This document shows positions 35,310 through 45,966 of a stretch of 64,000 nucleotides of DNA, in pieces (positions within the stretch are counted from its first letter, which is position 1; each line of letters begins with the position of its first letter). The notes below the pieces were generated by a model, which had not been told where the DNA came from, searched no databases, and worked only from the letters and a program-made list of their open reading frames with translations. The stretch spans positions 2,017-66,016 of the forward strand of contig DATKSZ010000017.1 of assembly GCA_035531375.1 (NCBI GenBank). Direction: 5' to 3'. Both the position numbers and the translations under genes were made by a program. This DNA is from Terriglobales bacterium. Lineage in GTDB: Bacteria > Acidobacteriota > Terriglobia > Terriglobales > SCQP01.

Positions 35310-37850
35310 TCAGCCCCCGCCCCCGCCCCGACCGCCGCCGCCGCCGCCCAGGGCGTGGAAGATTCGCCCCAAGAAGCCCCGCTTCTTCGGCTTGGGCGGC
35401 GGCGCCGGAGCAGGTTTGGCCAATAATCTTGGCGCCGGCGGCGGCGGCGCCTCCAACCGGGGCGCCGGGCGGGGCGGCGGCGGCGGCGCCGGATTGCCCA
35501 GGTGCAGCAGCCGCAGCGTGCCGGCGATCACCCCCCGCGGCACCAGCTCGGTCGGGTGCAGGTGGCACATCTCCGTCGGCTGCGTCCCCTCCAGATAGTA
35601 GTCGGTCTCCACCTGCGCCACCGGGCACAGCGGCGTGGCCACTTGCCGCGACTCGGTGTCGATCTTTACCCCCACCACCCCCGGCGGCGGCGTGAACGGC
35701 TGCACGTTCTGGTAGCTCGGCAGCGCCACCGCCTCTTTCATGAATTCCGTCCAGATGGGCAGCGCCGCGTGCGCGCCTTCGATATTGAGGTTCTGGTAGT
35801 TGTCCAGCCCCACCCACACCACGCACAGCAGGTTGCTGGTGAAGCCCGCGAACCAGGCGTCGTGCGAGCTGCCGGTCTTGCCCGCCGCCGGCGCGCTGAA
35901 GCCCGACTCCCGCACCCGCTCCGCCGTGCCCGCGTCCATCACCGACTCCATCAGGTTGGTGGTCAGAAACGCCACCCGCGGGTCCAGCACCGCTTGCGGC
36001 TGCGGGTCCTGCCGGTAGATGCTCTGCCCGTTGGCGTCCTGCACCGAATACACCAGCCGCGGCGCCAGCCGCACCCCGGCGTTGGCGAACACGGTGTAGG
36101 CCGAGGTCATCTGCAGCGGCGTGGCGGTGTAGGTCCCGATCGCCTCCGACGGCGTCGGCTGCGCGTTGACGATGCCGGCCGCGTGCGCCAGGTCGGTCAC
36201 CGCCTGCAGCCCCACCTCCTCCGCCAGCGAGATGGTGGCGTTGTTGAGCGAGTGCTCCAGCGCGGTGCGCAGCGTCACCTGGCCGTAGTATTTGTTCTCG
36301 AAGTTGGCGGGCTGATAGCCGCCCTCGAAGGTGGTGGGCTCGTCCATCAGGGTCGAAGTCTGGGTGATGGGGGTGAGGTTGCTCAGCAGCCCGGTCTCCA
36401 GCGCGGTGGCGTAGACAAACGGCTTGAAGATGCTCCCCGTGGGCCGCTCCGCCAGGGCGTGGTCGAGCTGGCTTTGCGCATAGTTGCGTCCCCCCACCAG
36501 CGCCAGCACCGCCCCGGTGTGCGGGTCCATCGCCACCAGCGCCACCTGCGCCCGCGGCAGCGGCTTGCCTCCCCGCCGCCGCCGCCGCAGCCCCGCCAGC
36601 TCCTGGTCCACCCCCTTCATCCCCAGCGCCACCGCCCGTGCCGCCGCCGCCTGCAGGTCCGGGTCCAGGGTCGAGTAGATGCGGTAGCTGTGGGTGGTGA
36701 GTTGGTGGTCGCTGATCTGGTCGCTCAGCCGGTCGCGCACCAAATCCACAAAATAGGGGGCGTCGCTGGCGTCGTCGTTGGCCGCCGTCACCCCCAGCGG
36801 CGCCGCCATCGCCACCGTCCGCTGCGCCGCTGTGATCCCTCCGGCTTGGTACATCGCCTCCAGCACCTGGTTGCGCCGCCGCACCGCCCGCCCCGGATGC
36901 CGGTAGGGCGAGTCCGCGTTGGGCCCGTGGATCATGCCCGCCAAAAGCGCACACTCCGGCAGCGTGAGCTGCTGCACCGACTTGTCAAAGTAGGCGTCCG
37001 CCGCCTCGCCAAACCCGTGGATGCTGTAGCTGCCCCGCTGCCCCATGTAGAGCTGGTTGGCGTAGAGCTCGAAGATCTGCTCCTTGGTCAGCCGCTCCTC
37101 CAACTCCATCGCCACCAGCGTCTCGGTCAGCTTCCGCCGCCAGGTGCGCTGAAAGCCCAGCCCGAAAATGTTGCGCGCCGTCTGCATGGTGATGGTGCTG
37201 GCGCCCTGCTCCCGCCGTCCGCTGCGCACGTCGCGGTACACCGCCGCCGGCACCCGCCACCAGTTCACCGCCCCGTGGTGGAAAAAGTCCCGGTCCTCGA
37301 TGTCCAGCACCGCATGGATCAGCGTGGGCGGCAGGTCCTGGTAGTGCACCAGCTTGCGCTTCTCCCGCTTGGCGTTGAACAGCGAGGTCACCAGCTCCGG
37401 CTCCAGGTCGTAGCTGGCCAGCGCCGACTGGTCGAGGCTGTCGGTGATGCTGCTCACCGCCCCGTTGGCGAACTGCACCTGCACCGGCAGCCGGGCGTGG
37501 TAGGCCTCCGGCCCCGGCTGGATGGCGATCAAGTCGCCGGCGGTGGTATACCGTCCCACCGGCGAGGCCTGGTCCTGCGCGTACCCGGCCTGCTGCAGCC
37601 AGTTCACCAGCTCCGCCGGCGTCAGCCCCTCCCCCACCGCCACCGTCCGCGGCGCCGCAAACAGCAGCGAGGTCTGGCTGAAAATGGGCGAGGCCAGCCG
37701 CGCGTCAATCACCTGCGCGTAAACGTCGTAATAGTGGATGAAGCCCACCCCGCCCGCCACAAATCCGGCCAGCAGCAGCGTCAGCAGCACCCGCCCCAGC
37801 GGATGCGCCAGCCATCGTATCCAGGGTCGCGTTGTGATGGTCAGCCGCAC
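35310..37850 (-). CDS. mrcA: Penicillin-binding protein 1A family (bifunctional transglycosylase/transpeptidase)
   Basis: GT51 motifs IEDRDFFHHGAV and GASTITMQTARN. Transpeptidase motifs SIFKPFVY (SxxK), SLN and KTGS. Pro/Gly-rich C-terminal tail. Confidence 0.9.
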   Translation of the reverse strand: MRLTITTRPWIRWLAHPLGRVLLTLLLAGFVAGGVGFIHYYDVYAQVIDARLASPIFSQTSLLFAAPRTVAVGEGLTPAELVNWLQQAGYAQDQASPVGRYTTAGDLIAIQPGPEAYHARLPVQVQFANGAVSSITDSLDQSALASYDLEPELVTSLFNAKREKRKLVHYQDLPPTLIHAVLDIEDRDFFHHGAVNWWRVPAAVYRDVRSGRREQGASTITMQTARNIFGLGFQRTWRRKLTETLVAMELEERLTKEQIFELYANQLYMGQRGSYSIHGFGEAADAYFDKSVQQLTLPECALLAGMIHGPNADSPYRHPGRAVRRRNQVLEAMYQAGGITAAQRTVAMAAPLGVTAANDDASDAPYFVDLVRDRLSDQISDHQLTTHSYRIYSTLDPDLQAAAARAVALGMKGVDQELAGLRRRRRGGKPLPRAQVALVAMDPHTGAVLALVGGRNYAQSQLDHALAERPTGSIFKPFVYATALETGLLSNLTPITQTSTLMDEPTTFEGGYQPANFENKYYGQVTLRTALEHSLNNATISLAEEVGLQAVTDLAHAAGIVNAQPTPSEAIGTYTATPLQMTSAYTVFANAGVRLAPRLVYSVQDANGQSIYRQDPQPQAVLDPRVAFLTTNLMESVMDAGTAERVRESGFSAPAAGKTGSSHDAWFAGFTSNLLCVVWVGLDNYQNLNIEGAHAALPIWTEFMKEAVALPSYQNVQPFTPPPGVVGVKIDTESRQVATPLCPVAQVETDYYLEGTQPTEMCHLHPTELVPRGVIAGTLRLLHLGNPAPPPPPRPAPRLEAPPPPAPRLLAKPAPAPPPKPKKRGFLGRIFHALGGGGGGRGGGGG

Positions 37851-37927
37851 CGTCCGCCTCGCTCCCCCACGCGTGGTGTCCCAACATCTTCAGGATACCG
37901 CATGCCCACTACGCGCATCCAACCCTC

Positions 37928-38923
37928 ATGGTCTCGACCCGCGACCTGCTGCGCGCCTGGGCCGCCCTGCTGCGCGGCCGCCAACCCGCCCTCTCCATCG
38001 AGATCACCAAAGAGTGCCCCCTGCGCTGTCCCGGCTGCTACGCTTTTGCCGCCGACCATGTTGGACGCGGCCGCGACCTCAAGCAACTGCATGATCTTCG
38101 CGGCCAGGCCCTGGTCGACGGGGTGACCGCGCTGGTCCGCCGCCAGCGCCCGCTGCACGTCTCCCTGGTCGGCGGCGACCCCCTCGTCCGCTACCGCGAG
38201 TTGGAGCTGCTGGTGCCCCGCCTGCTCGCCCTCGGCACCTTTGTCCAGATCGTCACCAGCGCCTTCCGCCCCCTGCCCCCCGCCTGGGCCGGCCTCGACC
38301 GCTTCGAGCTGGTGGTCTCGGTGGACGGCCTCGCCCCCGACCACGACCGCCGCCGTCAACCCGCCACCTACCCCCGCATCCTGCAGCATATCCAAGGCCA
38401 CCAGGTGGTCATCCACTGCACCATCACCGCCCCCATGGCCCGCCCCGGCTACCTGGAAGAGTTCGTCCAGTTTTGGTCGGCCAACCCCAACGTCAAGAAA
38501 ATCTGGATGAGCATCTTCACCCCCCAGCGCGGCGACGCCTTGGCCGAGATCCCCACCCCCGCCCAGCGCGCCCGCATCCTCGCCGACCTGGGCCACCTGC
38601 CCGGGCGCTACCCCAAGCTCGACCTGCCGCGCGGCCTGGTGGCGATGTTCGCCCGCCCCCCCGCCTCGCCCCGCGCCTGCGTCTTTGCCCGCGCCACCGC
38701 GGTCGTCTCCGCCGACCTGCGCACCGCCATCGTGCCCTGCCAGTTCGGCGGCGATCCCGACTGTTCCCGCTGCGGCTGCTTCGCCTCCATGGGCCTGGCC
38801 GCGGTCGCCGAGCACCGCCTGGTCGGCGGCCTCACCGCCGGCCACGTCTTCCGCGCCTCCGCCAATTTCGGCGAGCAGGTCGCCCGCTGGCTGCCCGCGC
38901 GCAAGCCTCCGCCCGCCGCTTAG
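37928..38923 (+). CDS. Radical SAM protein (canonical CX3CX2C), with a C-terminal Cys cluster
   Basis: [22 protein letters not shown], and C-terminal [17 protein letters not shown]. Function not assignable. Confidence 0.7.
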   Translation: MVSTRDLLRAWAALLRGRQPALSIEITKECPLRCPGCYAFAADHVGRGRDLKQLHDLRGQALVDGVTALVRRQRPLHVSLVGGDPLVRYRELELLVPRLLALGTFVQIVTSAFRPLPPAWAGLDRFELVVSVDGLAPDHDRRRQPATYPRILQHIQGHQVVIHCTITAPMARPGYLEEFVQFWSANPNVKKIWMSIFTPQRGDALAEIPTPAQRARILADLGHLPGRYPKLDLPRGLVAMFARPPASPRACVFARATAVVSADLRTAIVPCQFGGDPDCSRCGCFASMGLAAVAEHRLVGGLTAGHVFRASANFGEQVARWLPARKPPPAA

Positions 38924-40614
38924 GCCCGCGCCGCCCCCACCGCCGCCGCCACCTCGGTAGCCGCCACCTCCCGCACCGTCTTGCTGGCCCGATCCACCAG
39001 CTCGACGATGCCCTGCGCCGCCTTCTTGCCCACCGTGATGCGGGTCGGGATGCCCACCAAATCCGCGTCCTTGAACTTCACCCCCGGCCGCTCGTCGCGG
39101 TCGTCCAGCAGCACGTCCCGCCCCTGCCCCCGCAGCTCGTCATAGAGCTGCTGGCTGACCGCGGCCACGGCCGCGTCGCCCAGGTTGGTGGGGGTGATCA
39201 CCACCTCGTACGGCGCGATCGCCGCCGGCAGCCAAAACCCGTCCTGGTCGTGGTTCTGCTCGATGGCGGCGGTGAGGATGCGCTCCATGCCGATGCCATA
39301 CGAGCCCATGATCGGCACCACCTCCCCGCCTTGGGCGTCGAGCACCCGCACCCCCAGCCCCAGGCTGTACTTGCGCCCCAGCTTGAAGATGTGCCCCACC
39401 TCGATCGCCTGCGACACCCGCAGCGCCTGGCCGCAGGTTGGGCAGCCGTCGCCGCTGCGCACGTTGCGCACATCCACCCATTCCGGCTGGAAATGCACCT
39501 CCGGAGTGACGTGGCGCAGGTGGTAGCCCTCCTGGTTGGCGCCCACCGTCAAGTTCGACCGCCCCTGCAGCGCCGCGTCGGCCAGCACCCGCCCCGGCTG
39601 CTTCAGCTGCAGCGGCCCCACCGAGCCCGGCGGCGTGCCGGTGAAGGCCACGATCTCTTCCGCATGCGCCGGCCGGAACTCCTTGCCGCCGAAGGCGGTC
39701 TGCAGCTTGGCCTCGCTGGCCTCGTCGTCGCCCCGCACCAGCACCAGCACCGGCTGCCCCTCGACCATATACACCAGCGACTTCGCCAGCCGCCCCGGCG
39801 CCTCGCCGGTGAAGGCCGCCAGCTCGGCGATGGTGCGCGCGTTGGGGGTCGCGAAGCGCTCCGGCTCCCCCGCCGCCGGCGGGTCCACCACCGCCGTCGG
39901 CCTGCCCGCCGCCTTCTCCAGGTTGGCGGCGTAGCCGCAGCCCGCGCACATCGCCACCATGTCCTCGCCCGCCTCGCCCAGCACCATGAACTCCTGCGAC
40001 TGCGAGCCTCCCATCGCCCCCGAGTGCGCCTCCACCGCCACGTAGCGCAGCCCGCAGCGGTCAAAGATGCGCCGATACACCCGGTCGTGCTTCTGGTAGC
40101 TGACGTCCAGCCCGGCCTCGTCCACATCGAAGCTGTAGGCGTCCTTCATAATGAACTCCCGCACCCGCAGCAGCCCCGAGCGCGGCCGCGGCTCGTCGCG
40201 GAACTTGGTCTGGATCTGGTACCAGATCTGCGGCAATTGCTTGTAGCTGCGCAGCTCCTTGCTGGCGATGGCGGCCATCACCTCTTCTTCGGTCATCCCC
40301 AGGCACAGGTCGCGCTGGAAGCGGTCCTTCAGCCGAAACAGATTGCTGCCCATCAGCTCCCAGCGCCCGCTCGCCTGCCACACCTCGGCCGGATGCAGCG
40401 CCGGCAGGTGGAACTCCTGCCCGATGGTGTCCATCTCCTCCCGCACGATCGCCTGGATCTTCAGCAGCGACCGCCACGCCAGCGGCAGGTAGTCGTAAAT
40501 GCCGGCTGCGAGCTGGCGGATGTAGCCCGCCCGCAGCAGGAAAATGTGGCTGGCGACCTCGGCGTCGGCCGGCGCCTCGCGCAGCGTCGGAATGAAGGCC
40601 TGGGACCATCGCAT
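38920..40614 (-). CDS. proS: Proline--tRNA ligase
   Basis: From ATG 40614: [48 protein letters not shown]..., [17 protein letters not shown], an INS editing domain, and an anticodon-binding C-terminus. 564 aa. The ORF track N-extension to 41025 is spurious. Confidence 0.9.
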   Translation of the reverse strand: MRWSQAFIPTLREAPADAEVASHIFLLRAGYIRQLAAGIYDYLPLAWRSLLKIQAIVREEMDTIGQEFHLPALHPAEVWQASGRWELMGSNLFRLKDRFQRDLCLGMTEEEVMAAIASKELRSYKQLPQIWYQIQTKFRDEPRPRSGLLRVREFIMKDAYSFDVDEAGLDVSYQKHDRVYRRIFDRCGLRYVAVEAHSGAMGGSQSQEFMVLGEAGEDMVAMCAGCGYAANLEKAAGRPTAVVDPPAAGEPERFATPNARTIAELAAFTGEAPGRLAKSLVYMVEGQPVLVLVRGDDEASEAKLQTAFGGKEFRPAHAEEIVAFTGTPPGSVGPLQLKQPGRVLADAALQGRSNLTVGANQEGYHLRHVTPEVHFQPEWVDVRNVRSGDGCPTCGQALRVSQAIEVGHIFKLGRKYSLGLGVRVLDAQGGEVVPIMGSYGIGMERILTAAIEQNHDQDGFWLPAAIAPYEVVITPTNLGDAAVAAVSQQLYDELRGQGRDVLLDDRDERPGVKFKDADLVGIPTRITVGKKAAQGIVELVDRASKTVREVAATEVAAAVGAARA

Positions 40615-40662
40615 AGAGAAAAATGGTAGCAGATGCCCGCTCGCGCCCCCAGAGGAGGCTGT

Positions 40663-40690
40663 GGCACAGCCCATCTTGGCTGTGCAAGCC
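40663..40690 (+). repeat. R2 REP-like palindromic unit (singleton)
   Basis: GGCACAGCCCATCTTGGCTGTGCAAGCC in the divergent proS / dehydrogenase intergenic region. Confidence 0.7.
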
Positions 40691-40762
40691 TCCCTGGGCG
40701 AAGGCCCATGCAACGCCCCCGCCCTCCCGCCCGCTCTAAGCCAACAACCGGAGGATCCAGCC

Positions 40763-41983
40763 ATGCAGGCGGTGGTGTTCCATGGGGTGGGCGACATTCG
40801 CCTCGACGATGTGCCCGAACCGAAGATGCGCGAGCAAACCGATGCCATCGTGCGCATCACCGCCAGCGCCATCTGCGGCACCGACCTGCACATGGTGCGC
40901 GGCAGCATGGGCGGCATGCAGCCCGGCACCATCCTGGGCCACGAGGGCGTGGGCGTGGTGGAGGCGGTGGGGCGCGGGGTGCGCAATCTCAAGCCCGGCG
41001 ACCGCGTGGTGATCCCTTCCTCCATCGCCTGCGGCGACTGCGTCTATTGCCGCGCCGGCTACTACTCCCAGTGCGACCGCGCCAACCCCAACGGCCCCCT
41101 GGCCGGCGCCGCCTTTTTCGGCGGCCCCAAGTCCAGCGGCCCCTTCGACGGCCTGCAGGCCGAGCGCGCCCGCATCCCCTTCGCCCACGTCGGCCCGGTG
41201 AAGCTGCCCGATGAGATTACCGACGACCAGGCCATCCTGCTCAGCGACATGTTTCCCACCGGTTACTTCGCCGCCGAGCTGGCCGAGGTGCGCCCCGGCC
41301 GCTCGCTGGCGGTCTTCGGCTGCGGCCCCGTGGGCCAGTTCGCCATCGCCAGCGCCAAGCTGCTCGACGTCGGCCGCGTGCTGGCGGTGGACTGCGTTCC
41401 CTCGCGCCTCGCCCTGGCGCGCGAGCAGGGCGCCGAGGTCATTGACTTCAGCCGCGAGGACCCGGTGCAGGCCATTCGCGACCTCACCGGCGGCGCCGGC
41501 GTGGACCGCGCCATTGACGCCGTCGGCGTGGACGCCACCCGCGCCCAGAAGGGCCCCGCCGCCGCCACCACCCAGCAGCGCCGCCAATTCGAGCAGGAAC
41601 AGCAGGAGCTGGGCGAGGAGCGCCGCGAGGGCGCCTGGGCCCCCGGCGACAGCCCCTCCCAGGCCCTCGCCTGGGTGGTGCAGGCGCTGGCCAAGGCCGG
41701 CACCCTCAGCATCGTCGGCGTCTACCCCGAACTCGCCCAGCACTTTCCCATCGGCCTGGCCCTGAACCACAACCTCACCCTGCGCATGGGCGGCTGCAAC
41801 CACCGCAAATACCTGCCCAAGCTCATCCGCCTGGTCGCCAGCGGCGTCATCCACCCGGAAAAGCTCCTCACCCAGCGCGAAACCTTCCCCGACGCGATCG
41901 AGGCCTACCGCGCCTTCGACCAGCACAAGCCCGGCTGGCTCAAGGTCGAGCTCAAGCCCGCCCCCGCCCGCCGCGCCGCCTAA
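40763..41983 (+). CDS. Zinc-dependent alcohol dehydrogenase family (glutathione-independent formaldehyde-dehydrogenase-like)
   Basis: [20 protein letters not shown]..., [23 protein letters not shown], and the structural zinc [15 protein letters not shown]. The ATG follows GGAGG. Confidence 0.8.
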   Translation: MQAVVFHGVGDIRLDDVPEPKMREQTDAIVRITASAICGTDLHMVRGSMGGMQPGTILGHEGVGVVEAVGRGVRNLKPGDRVVIPSSIACGDCVYCRAGYYSQCDRANPNGPLAGAAFFGGPKSSGPFDGLQAERARIPFAHVGPVKLPDEITDDQAILLSDMFPTGYFAAELAEVRPGRSLAVFGCGPVGQFAIASAKLLDVGRVLAVDCVPSRLALAREQGAEVIDFSREDPVQAIRDLTGGAGVDRAIDAVGVDATRAQKGPAAATTQQRRQFEQEQQELGEERREGAWAPGDSPSQALAWVVQALAKAGTLSIVGVYPELAQHFPIGLALNHNLTLRMGGCNHRKYLPKLIRLVASGVIHPEKLLTQRETFPDAIEAYRAFDQHKPGWLKVELKPAPARRAA

Positions 41984-42040
41984 ACCGCCGCCAGCGCGCC
42001 CGCAATCGCTGTCAGCCTGCTAAAATGGTGTCCAACCCGA

Positions 42041-42116
42041 GCCGACGTAGCTCAGTTGGTAGAGCGGCTGATTCGTAATCAGCAGGTCCGCGGTTCAATC
42101 CCGCGCGTCGGCTCCA
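42041..42116 (+). tRNA. tRNA-Thr (anticodon CGT)
   Basis: GCCGACG TA GCTC AGTTGGTA GAGC G GCTGA TTCGTAA TCAGC AGGTC CGCGG TTCAATC CCGCG CGTCGGC T CCA. A TAAAAT box lies about 15 nt upstream. Confidence 0.9.
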
Positions 42117-42208
42117 GCCCTCCCGGCGCGGAGGCGCGCGCTCGTCCATGCCCGGCCCGCAAGGCGCCGGGCAGGAGATCGGGAGGCCAGCGGAGCCAGA
42201 ATCGGCGC

Positions 42209-42661
42209 TTGGCGGACTCCATCAAGGTCTGGATCGAAATCGCCCAGTTCGCCGCCTACCTGGCGGCGGGCGCATCCGCAGTCGGGGCCATGTGCGCCTA
42301 TCGCCGCAACGCGCGGCTGGAACGCGCGAAATGGGCGGTTTCCCTCTACGAAAAATTCTACGAGGGCGCGAATTACAAAGCGGTGCGCGACCTCCTTGAC
42401 TGCGCCGAAACGGGAGCAGGAGCCGAGGACATAGCGAGACTGGTCGAGGCGGAGCCCTCGGGGTTCACCGACTAGTTGAATTTCTTTGAACTCGTGGCCT
42501 ACCTGGTCCGGAGCACGCAGATGGAGCGCCGCGACGCATTGAGTCTTTTCCAGTACTACCTCGAGTGCCTGGCGCGCCACAACCCAGTCCGAGCGTATAT
42601 TGAGGATCAGGCCAAGGGTTTCGAGAAGCTGTCCTGGCTCCTGCATGAAATCGAGAACTGA
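42209..42661 (+). pseudogene. Small membrane-anchored protein of unknown function, interrupted by an in-frame TAG (42473..42475); visibly lower GC
   Basis: ORF 42056..42475 ends in TAG, and ORF 42476..42661 begins at the very next codon in the same frame (...AEPSGFTD*LNFFELVAYLVRSTQMERRD...). N-terminal TM helix IEIAQFAAYLAAGASAVGAMCAY. The TTG 42209 start is a guess. The layout is reminiscent of DUF4760-type proteins (memory only). Confidence 0.45.
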
Positions 42662-43112
42662 GAGGGGCCGCGCGCCCCGCCATATATTCTTTTACGGCAC
42701 CCTTTTGCCTGGGCAGGCGCCGCCGGAGATCCGCCCGGCGCTGGAGGAACTGCGCCCTCTGGGTGCCGCAGTCCTGCGCGGAGCGCGCCTCTTCGACCTG
42801 GGCGATTTCCCGGGCGCGATAGCCGAACCCTCCGGGCCCGACCTGCGCGGCCAAATATTCCGTCTCCCGCCACAGCCTGAGGAACTGCTGCGGCGGCTGG
42901 ACGAATACGAGGGCTACGACCCCGCCCGCGCCGCGCAAAGCCTTTTCGTGCGCCATGCGCACCGCGTAAGCCTGCCCCGTGGGCGCAGCGTCAACGCCTG
43001 GGTCTATTTCTACAACCGCAGCCCCAGCGCCGCCGGTGTCCTTGCCAAAGGGAGCTACCGCAGCAGGCGCGTCGCCGCCGCTCGCGCTCAGAGAGCGGCC
43101 GAACCCGCCTAA
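42645..43112 (+). CDS. Gamma-glutamylcyclotransferase / AIG2-like family protein
   Basis: HIFFYGTLLPGQ..., the GDFPGAI and EYEGYD pattern of GGCT-like proteins. ATG 42645 overlaps the end of the preceding ORF. Confidence 0.6.
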   Translation: MKSRTERGRAPRHIFFYGTLLPGQAPPEIRPALEELRPLGAAVLRGARLFDLGDFPGAIAEPSGPDLRGQIFRLPPQPEELLRRLDEYEGYDPARAAQSLFVRHAHRVSLPRGRSVNAWVYFYNRSPSAAGVLAKGSYRSRRVAAARAQRAAEPA

Positions 43113-44527
43113 TGCCGCGAGGCGTCGGCCTTGGCGCCCTGCACCGCCCCGAACTTCGCCAGCACCGGCTGGATGGCGGCGGCGTCGCCCACCGCCACGA
43201 TCTGCAGCGTCGCCGGGTCGAGGTACTTTTGCGCCGCCCGCTGCACCTCGGCGGCGGTGACCGCCTGGATCCGGGCGGGGAAGCGGTCCCAATAGTCGGC
43301 CGGCAGGTGGTAGAGGGCCGAGACCAGCCAGTCGCCCAGCACCGCGTCCGGCTGCTCCAGCGACAGCGCCTGCCGCACCACGATGGCGCGTTCGGCGCGC
43401 CGCAGCTCCGCCGCCGGCACCGGCTCGATGCGGAGGCGCTCCACCTCGCCCAGCAGCGCCCCCAGCGCCTGCCCGGTCACGGCGGTGCGGAAATCCCCCA
43501 GCGCCACCCAGATCCCGCGGAACTCCGGCGCCGAGACCTGCGCCCCCACGTCGTAGGCCAGGCTCTGCTGGCTGCGCAGGTCGTTGAACAGCCGCCCCTG
43601 CGGCACCGCCCCCAGCACCTGGCTGAGCACCTGCAGCGCCAGATAGTCGGCGCTGGTGCGGCGCACCGCCAGGTTGCCCAGCATCATCGTGGTCTGCACC
43701 GAGCCCGGGCGGTCGATCAGAAAAATGCGCCGCGCCCTCGGCGCCGTGGGCTCGGGCGCCGGCGCCAGGCTCAGCTTCGAGCGGCGCCAGCCCCCCAGCC
43801 GCTTGTGGATCTCCGTCAGCAGCGCCGCCGGCTGCACATCCCCGGCGATCGCCAGGATGGCGTTCTGCGGCACATAGCGCTGCTGGTGCCACCCGTAAAA
43901 CTGGTCGGGGTTGAACTGCCGCAGCGCCGCCGGCGTGGTGGTGCTCACCGCCGCCGGATAGGTGCCATAGAGCGCCGCCCGCAGCCGCTCCAGCCCCAGA
44001 AACTGCGGGTCGGCCTGCTGCTGGCTGAGCTGCGCCACCGCCTGCTTCTCGAGCTGCCCCCACTCGCTCGGCGGAAAACTGGGATGCAGCAGCATGTCGC
44101 TGGCAATGGCAAACCACTGCGCAAAGTTGCTCGACAGCCCCGAGGCGTTGAGCGTCGCCAGCCGGCTGCCGTAGCCGGAGGAGAACGTGGCGTGCGCGCC
44201 CAAGTCGGCGAGCTGGCCAGCGAGTTGGTCGGCGCTGTGCCCAATCGTCCCCAGGTTCATCATCTCCGCCGTGAACACCGCCAGCCCCGGCTGCTGGGCG
44301 GGCTCGTCGAAGCCGCCCGCGCCGTGGATCTCCAGCGCCAAGTCCACCGTCGGCAGGCGGTGGTTCTCCAGGATCAGCACCGTCAGCCCGTTGGGCAGCA
44401 CCGTCTCCACCGGCCGCGGCAGGGTGAACTGCAGCGGCGCGTGGTTGATCGGGATCGGCGCCGGCGCCGGCCCCTGCGCCCCCAGCGGCAAGCTCAGCAC
44501 CAGCCCCAGCAGCAGTCTCCTTCTCAC
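43109..44527 (-). CDS. M16-family peptidase, non-catalytic-type subunit (no HxxEH)
   Basis: GTG start overlaps the upstream stop (GTGA). Signal peptide VRRRLLLGLVLSLPLGAQG. M16 fold motifs but no zinc motif. Confidence 0.8.
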   Translation of the reverse strand: MRRRLLLGLVLSLPLGAQGPAPAPIPINHAPLQFTLPRPVETVLPNGLTVLILENHRLPTVDLALEIHGAGGFDEPAQQPGLAVFTAEMMNLGTIGHSADQLAGQLADLGAHATFSSGYGSRLATLNASGLSSNFAQWFAIASDMLLHPSFPPSEWGQLEKQAVAQLSQQQADPQFLGLERLRAALYGTYPAAVSTTTPAALRQFNPDQFYGWHQQRYVPQNAILAIAGDVQPAALLTEIHKRLGGWRRSKLSLAPAPEPTAPRARRIFLIDRPGSVQTTMMLGNLAVRRTSADYLALQVLSQVLGAVPQGRLFNDLRSQQSLAYDVGAQVSAPEFRGIWVALGDFRTAVTGQALGALLGEVERLRIEPVPAAELRRAERAIVVRQALSLEQPDAVLGDWLVSALYHLPADYWDRFPARIQAVTAAEVQRAAQKYLDPATLQIVAVGDAAAIQPVLAKFGAVQGAKADASRH

Positions 44528-45876
44528 GGCTTCCCCCCCATGGCCGGGGCCGGCAGCGTGACCACCACGGTCCGGTTGTTGGCGGCGAAGTACTGTTTGG
44601 CGACGCGCTGCACCTCTTGCGGCGTCACCGCCCGGAAGCGGTCGTAGACGCTGTAGACCAGCTCCGGTTGGTGGAAGTAGACGGCGTAGGTGCCCATGGA
44701 GACGGCGCGGTCGAGCGTGCCCCGCAGGCTGGAGAGGATGTCGGTATAGTCCAGCATCACCGCCCGGTCCACCTCCGCCTGGCTGACCCCCGCGGCGGCC
44801 ACCTGGGCCACGCCCTCTTCGATGCCCCGCTCCAGGTCGGCCATTTTCTTGCCCGGCCGCAGCATCGCCTCGATCTCGAACAGTCCCGGCCCCCGCATCT
44901 GCGTCGGGTTGGCGCTGACCGTGAGCGCCAGGTGCTGGTCTTGCACCAGCGTCCGGCTGAGCCGCGAGGCGCGCCCGCGGGTGAGGATGTCGCCCAGCAC
45001 GTTGAGCGCGTACCAGTCGGGCGCGTTGCCGTCGGGGATGCGGTAGGCGAGGACGATCCGCGGCAGGCGCGCGAACGCATCGGTCACGGTCTGGCGCCGC
45101 TCCTGCCGCTGCGGCGGCTCCGACATGTCTACCGCCGGCGGCGCCGCCTGCGGCGGAATGTCGCCGAAGTATTGCTTCACCCGGGCCAGCGCCGCCCCCG
45201 GCTCGAAGTCCCCCACCAGCGTCAGCACGCAGTTGTTGGGGGCGTAGTAGGTCTTGAAGAAGGCCACCACATCCGCCAGCGAGGCGGCCTTCAGATCCGC
45301 CATCGAGCCCACCACCGGGTGCTGGTAGCCGAAAGTGTCGTAGGCGAGCTCGGCCACCAACTCGTCCGAGCGCCCGTAGGCGACGTTGTCGGTGCGCAGC
45401 CGCCGCTCCTCCTCCACCGCCTGGCGCTCGTCGTCGAGCTTGGCTTGGCTGATGCCCAGCGGCAGCGAGCGCATCCGGTCGGCCTCCAGGTAGAGCCCTA
45501 GATCCAGTTGGTTGGCGGGCAGGGTCTCGAAGTAGTTGGTGCGGTCCTGGTTGGTGGTGCCGTTCAGGTTGGCGCCGTAGGTCGAGATCAAGCGGAAGAA
45601 CTCGCCCTTGGGCACCTGCGGCGTGCCCTCGTACATCAGGTGTTCGAACAGGTGGGCGAGGCCGGTGTGCCCGCGGCGCTCGTTGCGCGAGCCCACGTCG
45701 TAGGTCAGGCACAGCGAGACCGTGGGCGCGCTGCTGTCGGGCGAGAGGATCACCCGCAGTCCATTGGCCAACGTCGCCTGCTGCAGCGGCAGCCGGATGG
45801 TCGCCGCCGGCGGCGCTTGGGCAGCCAGGCCGGCGGCCAGTGCCACCACACCGCCTAGGCGCAGCAGGGAAGGCAT
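44524..45876 (-). CDS. M16-family zinc metallopeptidase (pitrilysin-like), catalytic subunit
   Basis: Signal peptide, then inverted zinc motif GLAHLFEHLMYEG (HxxEH). 450 aa. Confidence 0.85.
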   Translation of the reverse strand: MPSLLRLGGVVALAAGLAAQAPPAATIRLPLQQATLANGLRVILSPDSSAPTVSLCLTYDVGSRNERRGHTGLAHLFEHLMYEGTPQVPKGEFFRLISTYGANLNGTTNQDRTNYFETLPANQLDLGLYLEADRMRSLPLGISQAKLDDERQAVEEERRLRTDNVAYGRSDELVAELAYDTFGYQHPVVGSMADLKAASLADVVAFFKTYYAPNNCVLTLVGDFEPGAALARVKQYFGDIPPQAAPPAVDMSEPPQRQERRQTVTDAFARLPRIVLAYRIPDGNAPDWYALNVLGDILTRGRASRLSRTLVQDQHLALTVSANPTQMRGPGLFEIEAMLRPGKKMADLERGIEEGVAQVAAAGVSQAEVDRAVMLDYTDILSSLRGTLDRAVSMGTYAVYFHQPELVYSVYDRFRAVTPQEVQRVAKQYFAANNRTVVVTLPAPAMGGKP

Positions 45877-45966
45877 GGGTTCGCTCCAGTGGCGAGTCTA
45901 GGGGGCGGCTCCGGGCTTGTCAACGCCCCCCTCCCGGCTGCCGAGCCCCCGCTGGCCGTTGCCTCC

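Noticed and set aside
42056-42208. The N-terminal part of ORF 42056..42475, which overlaps tRNA-Thr.
   Set aside because: It reads through the tRNA gene and a GC-rich hairpin, and no start codon is plausible there. The real coding part, if any, begins downstream (candidate TTG 42209).
7046-42475. Genome-wide reassignment of TAG (for example pyrrolysine or sense recoding) to explain the two in-frame TAG codons.
   Set aside because: TAG is clearly used as a terminator by many well-defined genes here (PadR, RND pump, TonB receptor, ribE, EamA, PEP-CTERM protein, vapC, wHTH regulator). Independent nonsense mutations or sequencing errors are more parsimonious.
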